NCBI RefSeq assembly: GCF_009914755.1
Contig: NC_060925.1
Length of the DNA stretch: 64,000 bases
Source: the human T2T-CHM13v2.0 reference genome, Homo sapiens
Reading direction: 5' to 3' (one strand)
This document shows, one piece after another, positions 26,111 to 39,775 of this stretch; position 1 is the first letter of the stretch, and each line of letters opens with the position of its first letter. The notes under the pieces are model-generated. The model was not told the origin of the DNA. It worked only from the letters and a program-made list of their open reading frames with translations, and searched no databases. Both the position numbers and the translations under genes were made by a program.

Positions 26111-26421
26111 ATCCAGGCAGTCTCTGAACGTGCCTGTGATTGAGTGTGTATGGTAGGACTTTCTGTTCAAGTTTCCTCAGTGATGTGTAATATGGTTCTT
26201 GCTCTCAAGGTAACTCCATAGCTGGGAGCCAAGTCTCGAAGCCCCATGAGGGGAAGTGGATACATCTCAGAATTGGGTTTCCTGATACACACGACTGCAT
26301 CCTTCATCTGCCAGGCCCTGACATTGTTTACTGGAGAAGATGTCATAGGAAATTGGGCTATGTCATTGAGCCACTGGAGTCACACATGAACAGCCATTTG
26401 GAGATTCTGGAATTGATGGTT

Positions 26422-26659
26422 CAGGTGGAGTACCCCTTATCTGAAATGCTTGGGAACAGAAGCTTTTCGGATTTGGGATTTTTTCATATTTTGAAATTTT
26501 TGCATCCTATACTTACAGGTTGAGCATCCCTAATCTGAAAATCCAAAATTGGAATTGCTTCAGTGAGCATTTCCTTTGAGTATCATGGCAGTGCTCAGAA
26601 AGTTTCAGATTTTAGAGCATTTTGGATTTTGAATTTTTGGATTAGGGATGCTTAACCTG
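26422..26659. mobile_element. Tigger4a/MER46 MITE
   Basis: TIRs caggtggagtacccct...agggatgcttaacctg, plus an internal TIR copy at 26516. Confidence 0.9.
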
Positions 26660-26935
26660 AACCTACCATTTAAAAGTGCTTAATAATCAAGTCAAATCCT
26701 ATGTTGGATAATGAGACTTGGCTTAAATAGCCCTTCCTATATTTAACTGTCTATCTTGTTCTGCTGAAACCTTGGGAATTGAGTGGGAAGAGGTATCATG
26801 GACCCCTGTTGCCTGTAAACTCCTGAAAGAAGAAAAATATGTTTTTTAACTCCTGAATGTCAGGGTTCTTATTCATCTTTGTGTCCTCTGTCACCTAGAA
26901 AAGCCTGGAAGTTAGTAGGTCTTCAATTAATAGAA

Positions 26936-27150
26936 GGCCTTATAGCATAATTGTTAAAAAGCTGAGGCTTTATGGGCAAATGAGAGTTTAAGTCCTGAAT
27001 CCACTAATTCTCAACAGTTTCTTGGGCAAGTTAATTAACCTTCCTAAGCCTCAAGTTTTTTATCAGCAAGATAATGATTAAATGCCAAATTCTTAGTTAA
27101 ATGCCTAGCAAATATAAAGGACCAAATGTATTTTAGTTCTTATTATTAAT
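26936..27150 (+). mobile_element. MIR
   Basis: tatagcataattgttaa...cttgggcaagttaattaaccttcctaagcctcaag...ttattatt. Confidence 0.7.
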
Positions 27151-28577
27151 GTTGATTGAATGCAAAAATACAATCATGATGAAACAAACCATTTTACAAA
27201 ATTGGGGATGAAGAAAAGAGCAAGATGTGCTACATTTATGAGCTCATCATATTTAATAGGCTTTTCAGTGTCTGCAGTTGTTCTGTTTCTGGGATAAGAT
27301 TTGGTGTATTTTATATATTAATTCACATAATAATGGATCTTTTTGTGGTAATCTGCATATAACCTGGATGAAAACTCAAATATGTTTCTACAGCCTGCCA
27401 AAGTCTCCCTGAGAAGCCAAACTTCTGTTGCTTAGATCCAACTATGGGGTATTGGTATGGCCATGGCTTTGGAATAACGGTGTGATCCAACTGAACTTGG
27501 TCACAGTGGTGTAATAAAGTAGCAAAGGCATTTGGTTAGCATAGAGGAAGTGGGGGTTGGGGGAGGCACATAGCTCATGCTACTGGTCTGGGGACATGTC
27601 TGGCTGAAATGCTTGTTGGAAGTATTTCAAAGTCAAATACAAATAGTTTTACATAAGTTATTCTTATTTTCTAGTTTAGGTAAACTGTATGATGTAGTGA
27701 AACAATGTTGCCTGGAATTCCTGAAGAGAAGACCAATCACTAAAATTTGAGACTACTGCACAATTCTGATATCTGAATCATTTCCATAGATAGATTTTGG
27801 TTAAAGCACCTGTGTATATTCTGTCATTATTAATTTGTGTCTGCTTTTTTACGGTTTCTAAAATCATGTTTTTAAATTTTACAAACTCAGGTAAATAAAA
27901 TAAAACCACCCATAATCCTATCACCTTAACACAGCCTTGGCCAATAGTTTTTTTGTTATATATATTTTTAAGTCTTTTTTTCTATTCACTCTTTTAATTT
28001 ACCTGTAGCCATTGTGTACATAAAAATTTATATCTTCCTATCTTCTTGCTTAGCATTTATTACAAATAGTTTCTCACATTACATGATCTCAGCTATTGTA
28101 AGCATCATTTTATTATTTATTATTCTTATAAGATTATAACCTATATCTACTAAAATGCACATGGTGAAAAATAGTTGTAAATTAAAGTTATATCTTATAC
28201 AAGCTCAAATTCTAAAGCCAGTATACAAGTCAAAAATTACTTCTGGGTGAATTATTCTTGGAATTTCTTTAAACAACTATAAAATGAGCATACAAAACCC
28301 TCACTTCTTCTCTGTCAATGACAAACATTGACAGAAAAACTATAACCCTCAATTCTCAATTTCTTCTCAAAAATGTTGACAGAGTCATACTACTTATTTA
28401 TCTGGTTATGGAAATATTTTAAGTTTCGTTCATAGGAGAAAATTTAAAACCATGCACATATGTTTTTCACAAATTTCCAACAAGCAATGTTGGTTATAGC
28501 ATGTGTAATTTCATCTACTGCCAGAAGCAAGAAACCATTGAGAGCAATGGCTTGCATAGTTGTCAGTATTACTTGAA

Positions 28578-28611
<34 letters not shown>

Positions 28612-28647
28612 CCTCCTCTTTCTCTCTGTCACCCTTTGTCTCTCTCT
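28578..28647. repeat. (TC)n microsatellite
   Basis: Pure TC run followed by interrupted units. Confidence 0.9.
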
Positions 28648-28914
28648 GGTGAAGTTAATGTTTATGAGTTAAATTGAATTACCATGCAACTTCATCATTG
28701 AATATACTGCTTGTCCTTTCACCCTCTCTCCCCACCTGAACACCAGATGTAATAACTTTAAATATTTTTTAGTGCATTGGCCAGCCAATGTAAGCCCTAA
28801 CATTAATTCCATAGGTATTTACGGGTGTAACAACTAACTGAATATTCAATATGCTTTTCATATAGTATTTTTTGCACATGCAGTGAATGGCTTCCATAAA
28901 GAATATCAATGATG

Positions 28915-29135
28915 ACTATAATAGTTACACAGAGTTCCCGAAGCTCTATTCTGTGTCAGGTTCTGCTTTATCACTTTGCATGCATTGTTTACGTCATCTT
29001 CATAATGATCTACTGAGATAGATATGATTATGAGAGGTTAGTAACTTGTTCAGCATCATGGAGCCAGTAATTGGTAGAGCTGGGTCTACAATCCCAGGTA
29101 TGTATGACTTCAAAGAGCAGTATGCTAACCACTGC
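28915..29135 (-). mobile_element. MIR
   Basis: gagaggttagtaacttgttcagcatca...gccagtaattggtagagctggg...tgacttcaaag...taaccactg. Confidence 0.7.
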
Positions 29136-29248
29136 TATGAATGTCACTGTACATTTAAACAATATGCTGATATCTCTATTTCTTGATTTATAATTTTTAT
29201 ATTGACTCCCTGCTGTTAAATCTGAGGAAATTAACTTGCATATGCTTC

Positions 29249-29326
29249 TAGGATGACAAACTTGTCCAGACTTGCCTGGGACTTTCCTTTAATCCCAGCA
29301 AACCCATCAGTTTAGAGCAAACTGTC
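29249..29326. mobile_element. MER81-like (hAT-Blackjack) fragment
   Basis: taggatgacaaacttgtccagacttgcctgggact resembles the MER81 TIR region. Confidence 0.55.
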
Positions 29327-29439
29327 TCTTGGCAGGTGTGCTTCACATTCTAAGTTATTTTAACAGTTTCTCTAATTATTAACTTTCTATTAACTAGTAG
29401 TTCTAAGAGTTTTAATCCTACTTAATACCTATTTAAAAT

Positions 29440-29605
29440 AACTTAAATACCTATAATTACATTTTAATATATTTAAAATATTTTAAATATATTAAATATT
29501 TATATATAAATATATAACATATATTTTAAATATATTAAATGTAATATATGTTTATATATAAATACATAAAATATTTAAATATATTAAAATATACTTAGAT
29601 ACCTG
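29440..29605. repeat. Palindromic AT-rich repeat
   Basis: Perfect 34-bp palindrome at 29463-29496, with nested inverted repeats. Confidence 0.85.
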
Positions 29606-30126
29606 TATAATAACCTATTGTAAACACTAGGCAGTATCTCTTACCTTCGAATATACAAAATAGTACATTCATATAGTGGAGATTAGTACTCTTTCAGTGC
29701 CTTTCCCTTTTCTCTTCCTCCCACTTGCAGACTGCTGCCAGCTATGTATGAGTGTTGTGTACTTTCTGTTCTGCATACCTGAAATTCAGTGTAATATACT
29801 TTGTGTAGTCATTGATTCTAAGCATGGAAAACGAGTAAACAGCATTTGCAACATTATGATTAAATAAATAATATTCATTTTATTCAAGTAAGTGATTGGA
29901 CACCTAGAGAAGGAGATGTCACTGCTGCTAAGCCTGTCCTAGTTATGGGAGTTTGTTCCTTTAAGGAGTGTGTTTCTTGAATCATCCAAGTTAAATGGAA
30001 GGTCATTTTCTCTGTTGGTCAGTTTTTCAATTCGTGTAACATTTCCTTCCTATTTGGAAAATTACTTTATTGGTCAAATTTTTGTTTTTGTTTTCTCTGG
30101 AATTTTTAATTGTCTTTTTTTGTTAG

Positions 30127-30463
<337 letters not shown>

Positions 30464-32091
30464 ATCTTGCAACTTTTTAAACAAATTATCTGTTGAATGG
30501 AATTCATTATGTTCTTCATAAGTATATTATGGTTCTTACTGGGCCCATTGCCTTCTAGGGGTGCTGCATGGCACAGTGCTCCTCCTGGAACTGTGTTTGT
30601 AGTTCTTCTGCATTTGTTCCCGCTGTTGGTTTGCTTTTACTTTGCATTTTGTTCCTATAGTTTCATTTTTCTTTCCATTTTACTGGAGTCCATTTTCAGG
30701 TAACATTTTTAGGATATATAAATAGAGATAAACATTTCTTATTTCATGACTCACTTCTAACTGACATTTTGAAAGAGAATGAAATCCAAACTCATAACAA
30801 TTTTCCTTCAGAACTGTGAAGACATTACTTCATCACTGTTAATAAGACATCTGAAGACAATACAACAATTCCTTTTTGAAAAGCCTTGTTTCCTCTGCCT
30901 TCCCACCCACCACCCTAATACTATTTTCATCTAATGTAATTTTTCTGTTTATCTCTAAATATGTTTATGTTTTGTGTGTTTTTAAGTGTCATTTGCTTAA
31001 GGATCTCAAAGGGGTTATACATACACACACATGCTCTCATGCACACACATCTATATGATTATTTCTGTCAACTAGCACAAAACTTTCAGTAAAGTTTTCT
31101 TTTAGTGAGATCTAGTTCCAGGAGACTATTCCTATTCTTGGTTTCACATACCGTTGTAAATCAGATCCATGCCTTCATTTGCTATTCTTTCATCTATGTA
31201 CCCTTGTGGGTTTATTATGCATTCAATTTCAATGTGTATCTTATGACTATTACACTACCACTGGGAAGGTGCTCTATTTTCTTTCCCTTTATGTACCATA
31301 CCTTTTCAAAGCATTTGGAAGGATACTAATCATTCAACGTCTCATGAAATTTTTGATGACTGATAGAAAGTAAGTAGAAACAGATGTCTTTCAAGTGGAG
31401 AGGAAGAAGTTTTGTTTTTTTTTTTTTTGCATGTGATGTTTTAATAAGATTCCTCTTACACTCTTACCTGTATCCTCACAATTTTCCTTGAGTAATGACA
31501 TGGATATAAAGACTCCCCTAGATGTAGCAATTTTAAAAGAATACTTACATTGTGAAATTGGAATGGCCTGAAGCAATGCCTTTATTTCCTTGTCAAATCT
31601 CATAAACTAAAAAAGTATTAAAGAAATGGTGTTGGGGACTTTGAGAGAAGAGAGTCTTCTTTTTTGATTCTCTTTCTTCCTGTTCCCCCAGCACCGCCCT
31701 GATGGAAATGAGACTGCTACAGGGGTTGTTCTTTAAACAGTCAGACAAGTGATTATCCTGTTCCAAAGACATGCTTGAAGTAGATGCTCTGAGAGCACAG
31801 GACTTTCTCACAGAAAAGAGGATTGGCCATTCTTCCATCCTAGAATTGGGAGTTGGCATCAGCTAGTACTAAATTCATGAACTTTCTTGTAGAAAATGGG
31901 ATAGAAAGTGTGTTAGTTGCTCTCATGAGATGAAGAGGATCTGCTACATTAAAGAATGATAATACTAATAATGATAACCAATAGTAATAAAACTAATACT
32001 GATAACAGTAATAGTTAACACCATTGAACACTTTTGGGTGCCAGTAACAATGCTAAATACCACATATTATTTTACATAATTCTCACAATAA

Positions 32092-32426
<335 letters not shown>

Positions 32427-32438
32427 TTTCACTTTTTT

Positions 32439-32602
32439 TTTTTTCCTTTTTTTTTTTTATTATACTTTATGTTTTAGGGTACATGTGCACATTGTGCAGG
32501 TTAGTTACATATGTATACATGTGCCATGCTGGTGCGCTGCACCCACTAACTCATCATCTAGCATTAGGTATATCTCCCAATGCTATCCCTCCCCCCTCCC
32601 CC
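32439..32602 (-). mobile_element. Extremely 5'-truncated L1PA2 (3'UTR only)
   Basis: Minus strand reads gcattgggagatatacctaatgctagatgatGAGttagtgggtgcagcgcaccagc...cacaatgtg. 16-bp TSD cagctttcactttttt (32423-32438 / 32603-32618). Confidence 0.9.
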
Positions 32603-32768
32603 CAGCTTTCACTTTTTTATAAAGAGAAAATGTGGTTTAGAGAAGTTGAGATACTTGCCCAAGGTCAAAATTAAATAACTGATGTAGCCAAGATTTAAAC
32701 TGAAGTCACTGCACCACAGAACACGAGCTCCTAAGCACTACTGCTGTCATTTGCCAATGCTAACCACT

Positions 32769-33123
32769 TAATATGGTTTGGCTCTGAGTCCCCACCCAAA
32801 TCTCATCTTGAATTGTAATCTCCAAGTGTTGAAGGAAAGGCCTGGTGGAAAATGACTGGATCATGGCGGCTGCTTTTCCCCTTACTGTTCTCATGACAGA
32901 CCTCAAGATGTGATGGTTTTATAGTGTGACATTTCCCCTTCACTTGCTCTCTCTCCTGCTGCCATGTTAGAGGTGCCTGCTTCCCCTTTGCCTTCTGCCA
33001 TGATATTAAGTTTTCTGAGGCCTCCCTAACCATGCAGAACTGTGAGTCAATTAAGCATCTTTTCTTTATAAACTACTTAGTCTCAGGTATTTCTTTATAG
33101 CAGTGTGAAAATGGACTAATACA
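32769..33123 (+). mobile_element. THE1D-like solo LTR
   Basis: taatatggtttggctctg...gtgtgaaaatggactaataca. Perfect TSD ccact. Confidence 0.9.
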
Positions 33124-33924
33124 CCACTCTGCCTAATTAGTCTACAGAGGGATTTTGTTAAAAAGAAAAAAAAAACACCTCTAATAAAAAGATTTATGCA
33201 AAGAATTAGAAGCCCAAGCATCAGATTATGCTTAAAAGCTAAAAAAACAAACAAAAACAAAAAACAAAATGCACGCACCCACACAAAACACAAAACAAAC
33301 AAACAAAACCTTTACTCAGAGTTATTTTCATGTAAAATCTAGCAATAGCTGTGACCCTTCCAATTACCAGGCAAGGAAGTTTGGGTGGTTTTAAGCATTT
33401 TTACTTTTGGAGGTTTTCCCAGATCATATCAAATGTATTTTAATGTGCTTATATCCCATGCTCAACCTAATTTCTATGTAACAAAATAAGAATAGAGTTG
33501 AGGAACAGAATAATGAGTTGACTAAGTAGTTTACATGTTACATTTTGTAGATATTTAATTATATTAAATTTCATTTTATTCAGAGATAGTTTTCAGTTAA
33601 AATTTCCAAGTAATACACATTTTTTAGACTCGAACACTGTTAGGCACCCCTTCATAGCTCATAGGATGAAGCCTATAGAAAGAAGATAAATAAACAGGAA
33701 CTTTAATGGAGGATAGGTTTGAGGGGTAAAGGTGACAGCCTGCTATTGTTGCAAGAGCAGCAGATTTTGAAGCAGGTAATCAGGGATACAATTATAGCTC
33801 CACCATTTTCTTTCAGAAGCTTTGGAAAATCATTTAACTTTCTTTAGGTCTTAGATTCTATGTTTAAAATAATAGATAAATGCTCAGACTATTATAATGA
33901 TTATAATTTGAAGCTTTTTTAACT

Positions 33925-34245
33925 CAAAAATATTTATTGAATGCTTATTAAGCATGAGGCATTTCTCTAATGTTGAGATGTAACAAGAGATGAGGACAAC
34001 AGAAGAGCCCGTTCTCTTGGACTTTATCTTGTATGGAAGGAAACATTAATCAATATTATATATGCATTCATGTAGTAATAAGGCCTATGAAGAAAAATGA
34101 AGTAGGTGAAGGGGATGGGGAGTGAAAGAAGTCTTTGTTTTAGATAAATGGTCATGGGAGTCCTCTTTGAGAAGGTGACACTTGAGCAGAGTCAAACTAT
34201 GTGTGCCCAACATTTCCTAGAGAATAGGAAAGAATATAAAAGTTG
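33925..34245 (-). mobile_element. L2 fragment
   Basis: aaatatttattgaatgctta...cctctttgagaaggtgacacttgagcagag. Confidence 0.6.
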
Positions 34246-34252
34246 GAAGCAG

Positions 34253-34308
34253 TGTGTGTGTGTGTGTGAGTGTGTGTGTATGTGTGTGTGTATGTGTGTG
34301 TGTGCGTG
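34253..34308. repeat. Interrupted (TG)n microsatellite
   Basis: Read directly from the sequence. Confidence 0.9.
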
Positions 34309-34581
34309 TTGGGGGGTGTTATGGCGTTATGGCAGCATGACACAGACATGACACAGCTGTTTCTAGAACTCTATGCCATTTCTCTGAATCCCCCCACCGC
34401 CTCTGTTCTGAGTGCTTAGGAGCTAAAATAGCAGAGTCCCATGTGGTGTCCATATTTTCCTTAAGAAATGTGTTAGAAAATCACAATCCTGTGCAAAAAA
34501 GTCTTTTTAAAAAAGTTTACCTGATGCAAATTCAAATCTGTGAATTTACAGTAAATGCCAATCTAAGTTTGCAGTAAATTA

Positions 34582-35068
<487 letters not shown>

Positions 35069-35535
35069 TCACCCCAGTACAGACTATTCAAACTTGCACC
35101 TTAGCTGTTTTTCAAAACACATACTTTGGTTTTATATAAAGACCTTTACAAAATCCGAGCATCATTATGAATGTGGGTCACTTACCCATAGAGGCAACCA
35201 GAATAAGGTTTCCTGAGGGAATCTGAACAGTGCTTCAGCAAATCATTGGTTGTGTGAGAGCTCCAGCCAATGAATAGAGGTGGCAGAGATAAGGGAGAGA
35301 AAGGGCCTAGGTCCTCAGGGATCAAAGAAAAGAGGGAAAGTATAATAGTGACAAAATCTCACACGAATAAATATCCAGAGTTTGTTTCCTGTCTCAGTCT
35401 CCCTAAGGAAAATTCTGGCATTGAACACTTGACATTTCCTCACTCCCAGCTTCTGAACTTTATCATGAGCTTTGGTGTGGGAAGAAAGGAAAAAACTAGA
35501 AGATTTACACTGACGAGAGGAGGAGAAAGAATAAC

Positions 35536-35610
35536 TAGTGGTTCTTAACCCTGGCTGGATATTAAAATCACCCAGAGAACTTTGAAAAATTCCAATGCGT
35601 AGGCCAATTA
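35536..35610. mobile_element. MER5A-type fragment; its other end probably lies at about 35975-35990
   Basis: agtggttcttaaccctggctg...aaaatcaccca, and aaccacactg after the Tigger. Confidence 0.6.
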
Positions 35611-35960
35611 CAGTCAGGTGCCACTCAATGATGAGTATATATTCTGAGAAATGCATCATTAGGCATTTCACTGAAGGGTGAACATGACAGTGTCTACTTA
35701 CACAACTCTAGTATGTAGTATGGTATAGCCTACTACACAGCTAGGCTATGTGGTTTAGTCTATTGCTCCTGGGCTACAAAGCTGTGCCGCATATTACTGT
35801 ACTCAATACTGTAGACAATTGTAATGCAATGGTAAGTATTTGTGTACCTAGATATATTTAGACATAAAAAAAGGCACAGCAAAATACAGTATTATAAGCC
35901 TATGGGACCACCAACATATAATGCTGTCTGTTGCTGACTTAAACATTATTATTATGACTG
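35611..35960. mobile_element. Tigger3a, opposite orientation to the copy at 9181
   Basis: ta|cagtca...ttctgagaaatgcatcattaggc...tatgggaccacc...atgactg. Confidence 0.88.
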
Positions 35961-36544
35961 AAACAGTATGGTGTCACATAACCACACTGCAAAATTTCTG
36001 AAAGTTGAGCTAAGATATCAGCATTTTAAACACACCTCATGTCTTTTCAGTTTGCAAATATGCTCAAGAACAACTGGACAAGCAGAATGCAAATATATAT
36101 ATATAAGAGAAGGTGTGTTGAGCTGGTGGAATAAAGAATCTGGCAGTCTAGGCATAGGAAATCTTGAGGATTGTAAAAATACAGTGATAAAGACAAAAGA
36201 TGTGAAAGAGCAGCTGCCATCAATGGGAATAATATTGAGAATGGCAGAGGTGGAGAGAAAGGAATTTCAAGATGTTTTGCTCCATAGGAATAACATACTC
36301 CCTCTTCCAAACTCAAATTCTCCGGAAATTTTTCAGGTAAAAATCAAAATTCTTTTCAAGGTTTTTTTTTCCCCCTCTTAAAAGATTGCTTCTTTTTTAT
36401 ATATACCATTTAGAGATTAGACCACATGGGGCCACGCTTATTTGGGGGTACAAAAGTTTGAAGGGATTAATAAAAGTGAATTAAAAGTAAATATTTATGT
36501 AAGGGTTCATTTGCTTCCTGATTATGTTAAGAAAGAATAATCAG

Positions 36545-36800
36545 AAATAATACTAATGATGATAATTTATGGATTACTGAGCAATGAATATACGCTAACA
36601 TTCTTCTATGAACTAGAAATGGATCAACTTATGTAATTATCCCAATCATGTGAAATAGGTACTACTATTATTGCTATTTTCAAATGAGAAAATCAAGCAA
36701 AGAGAGGTTAAACATTTCTCCAAGTCACACATTTACAAAGTGGTACAGACTAATTCAAATCCAGTTTCACTCCCAAGGCCCTCTTTTAAACACTGAGAGC
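36545..36800 (-). mobile_element. MIR
   Basis: tgtgaaataggtactactatt...agagaggttaaacatttctccaagtcacac. Confidence 0.7.
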
Positions 36801-37869
36801 TTCATGGTGTTTGGCCATGAAGAGAGAGAATCATGATAACTCAGGAAAAGTGTACTATGAAAGAGTGGACAGAAGATGTAGGAAAAGGACACTCAGAGTA
36901 CTGCAAAGACTTGAAGAGTGGGGGTATCAAGAGCTAAGACGCAGCAAACATGGGCAAGACAGAGGAGAACAGCAACAAAATGGAAAGCTCCAGGCAGTGG
37001 TTCAGTCTGAATGGTTTATAAATCAGGAGGAATTTGTAAACCAAACACTGAATCTGAAAGTTGCTTCTGCTTCCATCATGAATCATCAATTTTATTAATT
37101 TTGAATAATACAAAAAAAGATCTTGAATCTAAGAAATTTAGTAATTTAAAGAAAGAACACTAACATAGCTAAAGAAATTAAATGAGAGACAAAAGTTTGA
37201 AAAATGCTTAGTCTTTTTTTTTTATTAGATAAAATGGACCTCACTGCAATGATACTGCAGAAAAAACCAGGTGGATATGTCATAAATGTCTGCATTACTT
37301 TTCCATCTGTCATTCAGGGGAGATAGGTACCTACAAATATATATGCTGTTAGTCAGAAATTTATTTTGGTATTAAAGAAGGACTAAGGGCTAATGATTAC
37401 AACATTTTTATTTAAAAAAATGCCTTATGATAATCTTGAAATCATTTACAATGTAATTCAAAGTATGCATTTTGTTGAGTTTCTTTTAAAATTGAGTTAT
37501 GTATCATCTTGTTTATATTGGGCTAAGTCTCTAAATAAAATGAATAAAAAAAATTCTCTCTAACGGCTTATAACCTCAGTTATCTCATTTGTAAAATTAA
37601 GTGGCTGATAGTTGTCTTTCTGATCCAAAATACTATTAGCCTATGTTTATCAATACCTTTTACCTTTATCATGTAACAATTCAAAATATCATGAGCAACA
37701 GATAAGCAGAGCACAAATGATTAAATGATCAAACACCTTTTTATCAAAAAGAGGTATTTTGATTTCTAATATTCGTTTGAAGTGTTTCACAGACTCTCCA
37801 CATTTTTTATTTTATTTTTATTGTTTTAGTACATGTTACTAAAATACATAACGGACAGCAACATATATA

Positions 37870-37960
37870 CAGTCACGCATCATTTAATGACAAGGGTACC
37901 TTCTGAGAAATGTGTCATTCAACCATTTCATCATTGTGCAAACATCATAGAATGTACTTA
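37870..37960. mobile_element. Tigger3 terminal fragment
   Basis: ta|cagtcacgcatc...ttctgagaaatgtgtcatt...aacatcatagaatgtactta, homologous to 35611-35701. Confidence 0.8.
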
Positions 37961-38340
37961 AAAATGTCAGCACATTAACTTGTTGACCAGATGAATCGCC
38001 TAATCTGTTGTCCTTCGCTAAATTACCACGCAGTCTCGTTGTGCATGGATTTAAACTCTTGAGTCACTACTCAGGTGGTTGCCCTTCTGCCTGTGTCTTC
38101 TCACATAATACTGTCCATGGGAGGGCACCAGAGCAGCATTTGCTTATCCTTACCTTGGAAATGCTCACCAGGGTTCAGGCACTTTGCTTCTATGCCAGTG
38201 CCTCTCCTGATGTGTTTGGGGTGCAAAACAATGAGCACTGACCAGCCCAACGAAATCATTCTCACCATGGAAAGTTTCGGCACTTGCTCTCAGTGTTGAG
38301 GATTTCCTGTAGGATTTTCTCTGTTACTAAAAATGAGAAT

Positions 38341-38862
38341 TTTAGGGGAAAAAATGTGTTTTTTTTTACCTTTAGTTTCTCCAGCTAAGGTCCTGCAAAT
38401 CAGACTGACAAAAGACAGATTAACAAGAGAAAACAAACAGAAGTTTATTAACATATGCATCACACACATGTGGGAGAACTCAGCAATAAGTACCTCAAAG
38501 GGGTGGTTAAAACTTGGGCTTATATAACATCTTAGTAAAAAATAATAAATTTGTAGAGAAATAACAAGACAAAGGAAAGGAATTTTGAGCTTCTAGAGGC
38601 AGTAAACTGCAGAAAGGTAAACATATGGGGAAACTAACTCAAAGGAAAATAAGGACTAGTTAGATGTGCTATATAGGTTTCTCTGGTCCCACCTCTGGGC
38701 TGATAGGAGAATAGAATTGTCTTCAGTGATTAACAATCATCTTGCCTTTCCTAATAGAGAGATGGAGGGCAGAGAGCTTGTTCTGTGTCTGATATTTCTC
38801 AGTCACCTTTAGCTCAAAACAATTCTGTGACAGACTGGCATGTTATGGTGTGAACCCCATCA
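38341..38862 (-). mobile_element. MER67-like ERV1 solo LTR
   Basis: cagactgacaaaagacagattaacaagagaaaa. Minus-strand AATAAA (38444-38449) and TATATAAG (38519-38526). TSD gaat/gaaa. Homologous to 54032-54633. Confidence 0.75.
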
Positions 38863-39127
38863 GAAACTATTAAGAATATTTGTTGTAATGGTGAGCTTTA
38901 GACTTAGTTAAACCTATAATCACATCTCTACTTTCCCACTGATAGGTTCTATGGCTTTGGTGAGATTACTTAACCTCTTTTCATAACAGGATTAATAGCA
39001 GTGTTTAATATTTCAAAAGGCAGTTAAAGTGTCTAGCACAGGACTTGACACACAGGTGTTTGAGAAATAAAGAATTAGGTACTCTACCCCATCACCAAGT
39101 AATCGATTCAGAGGAGGTGTTAGCTTG

Positions 39128-39511
39128 TGTCCTGTCTGTTTCCTACTGCTATAACGGAATACTACAGACTGGGTCATTTATAAAAAACAAACGTTTATGT
39201 GGCTCACAGTTCTGGAGGCTGGGAAGTCCAAGGGCATGGCACTGGCATCCAGCAAGGGTCATCCCATGGCAGAAGTATGGAAGGCAGAAGTAAGTCCATG
39301 AGTCAGAGAGAAACATTGATCTGAACTAATCCTTTTTATCAAGAACACACTCCTTCAATAACTAACCTATTCCTGTGATAACAGCAGTAATCTCTTCAAG
39401 AGGGTAGAGCCCTCATGGCCTAATCACCTCTTAAATGCCCCACCTCTTAATACTGTTACAATGACAATTAAATTTCAGCATGAGTTTGGGTGGAACATTC
39501 AAATCATAGCA
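39128..39511 (-). mobile_element. MST (MSTC-like) solo LTR
   Basis: ggctcacagttctggaggctgggaagtccaag...cattcaaatcatagca. Perfect TSD gcttg. Confidence 0.9.
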
Positions 39512-39669
39512 GCTTGCTAATGGTTAATAAAGTTGTCAGATCAAGACTCTTTCCATGTGTGAGAAGGAGCCACCCTAAAGAGTTCCTTCTATGATCAGCA
39601 TTTATCACGTTTTTATGGGAGGACACGATCTAATTGTGGGACTTTTGTTTGAAACAAGATGTAGAAATC

Positions 39670-39775
39670 TTGGAGGGAGTTCCAAAGAGAATGACTAAAA
39701 ATGATTAGTTTAGAAAATGGGTCCTTTGAGGAAAAGCTAAAGAAATTTGGGTTATTTAGCATGAAGAAAAGTACC
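39670..39775 (+). mobile_element. L3/CR1 fragment
   Basis: cctttgaggaaaagctaaagaaatttgggttatttagcatgaagaaaag resembles the CR1 ORF2 C-terminal YEERLKELGLFSLEK region. Confidence 0.6.

Noticed and set aside
35968-36381. 137-aa ORF outside obvious repeats
   Set aside because: No recognisable domain, it starts at the Tigger/MER5 edge, and it has no convincing splice or promoter context. Consistent with chance.
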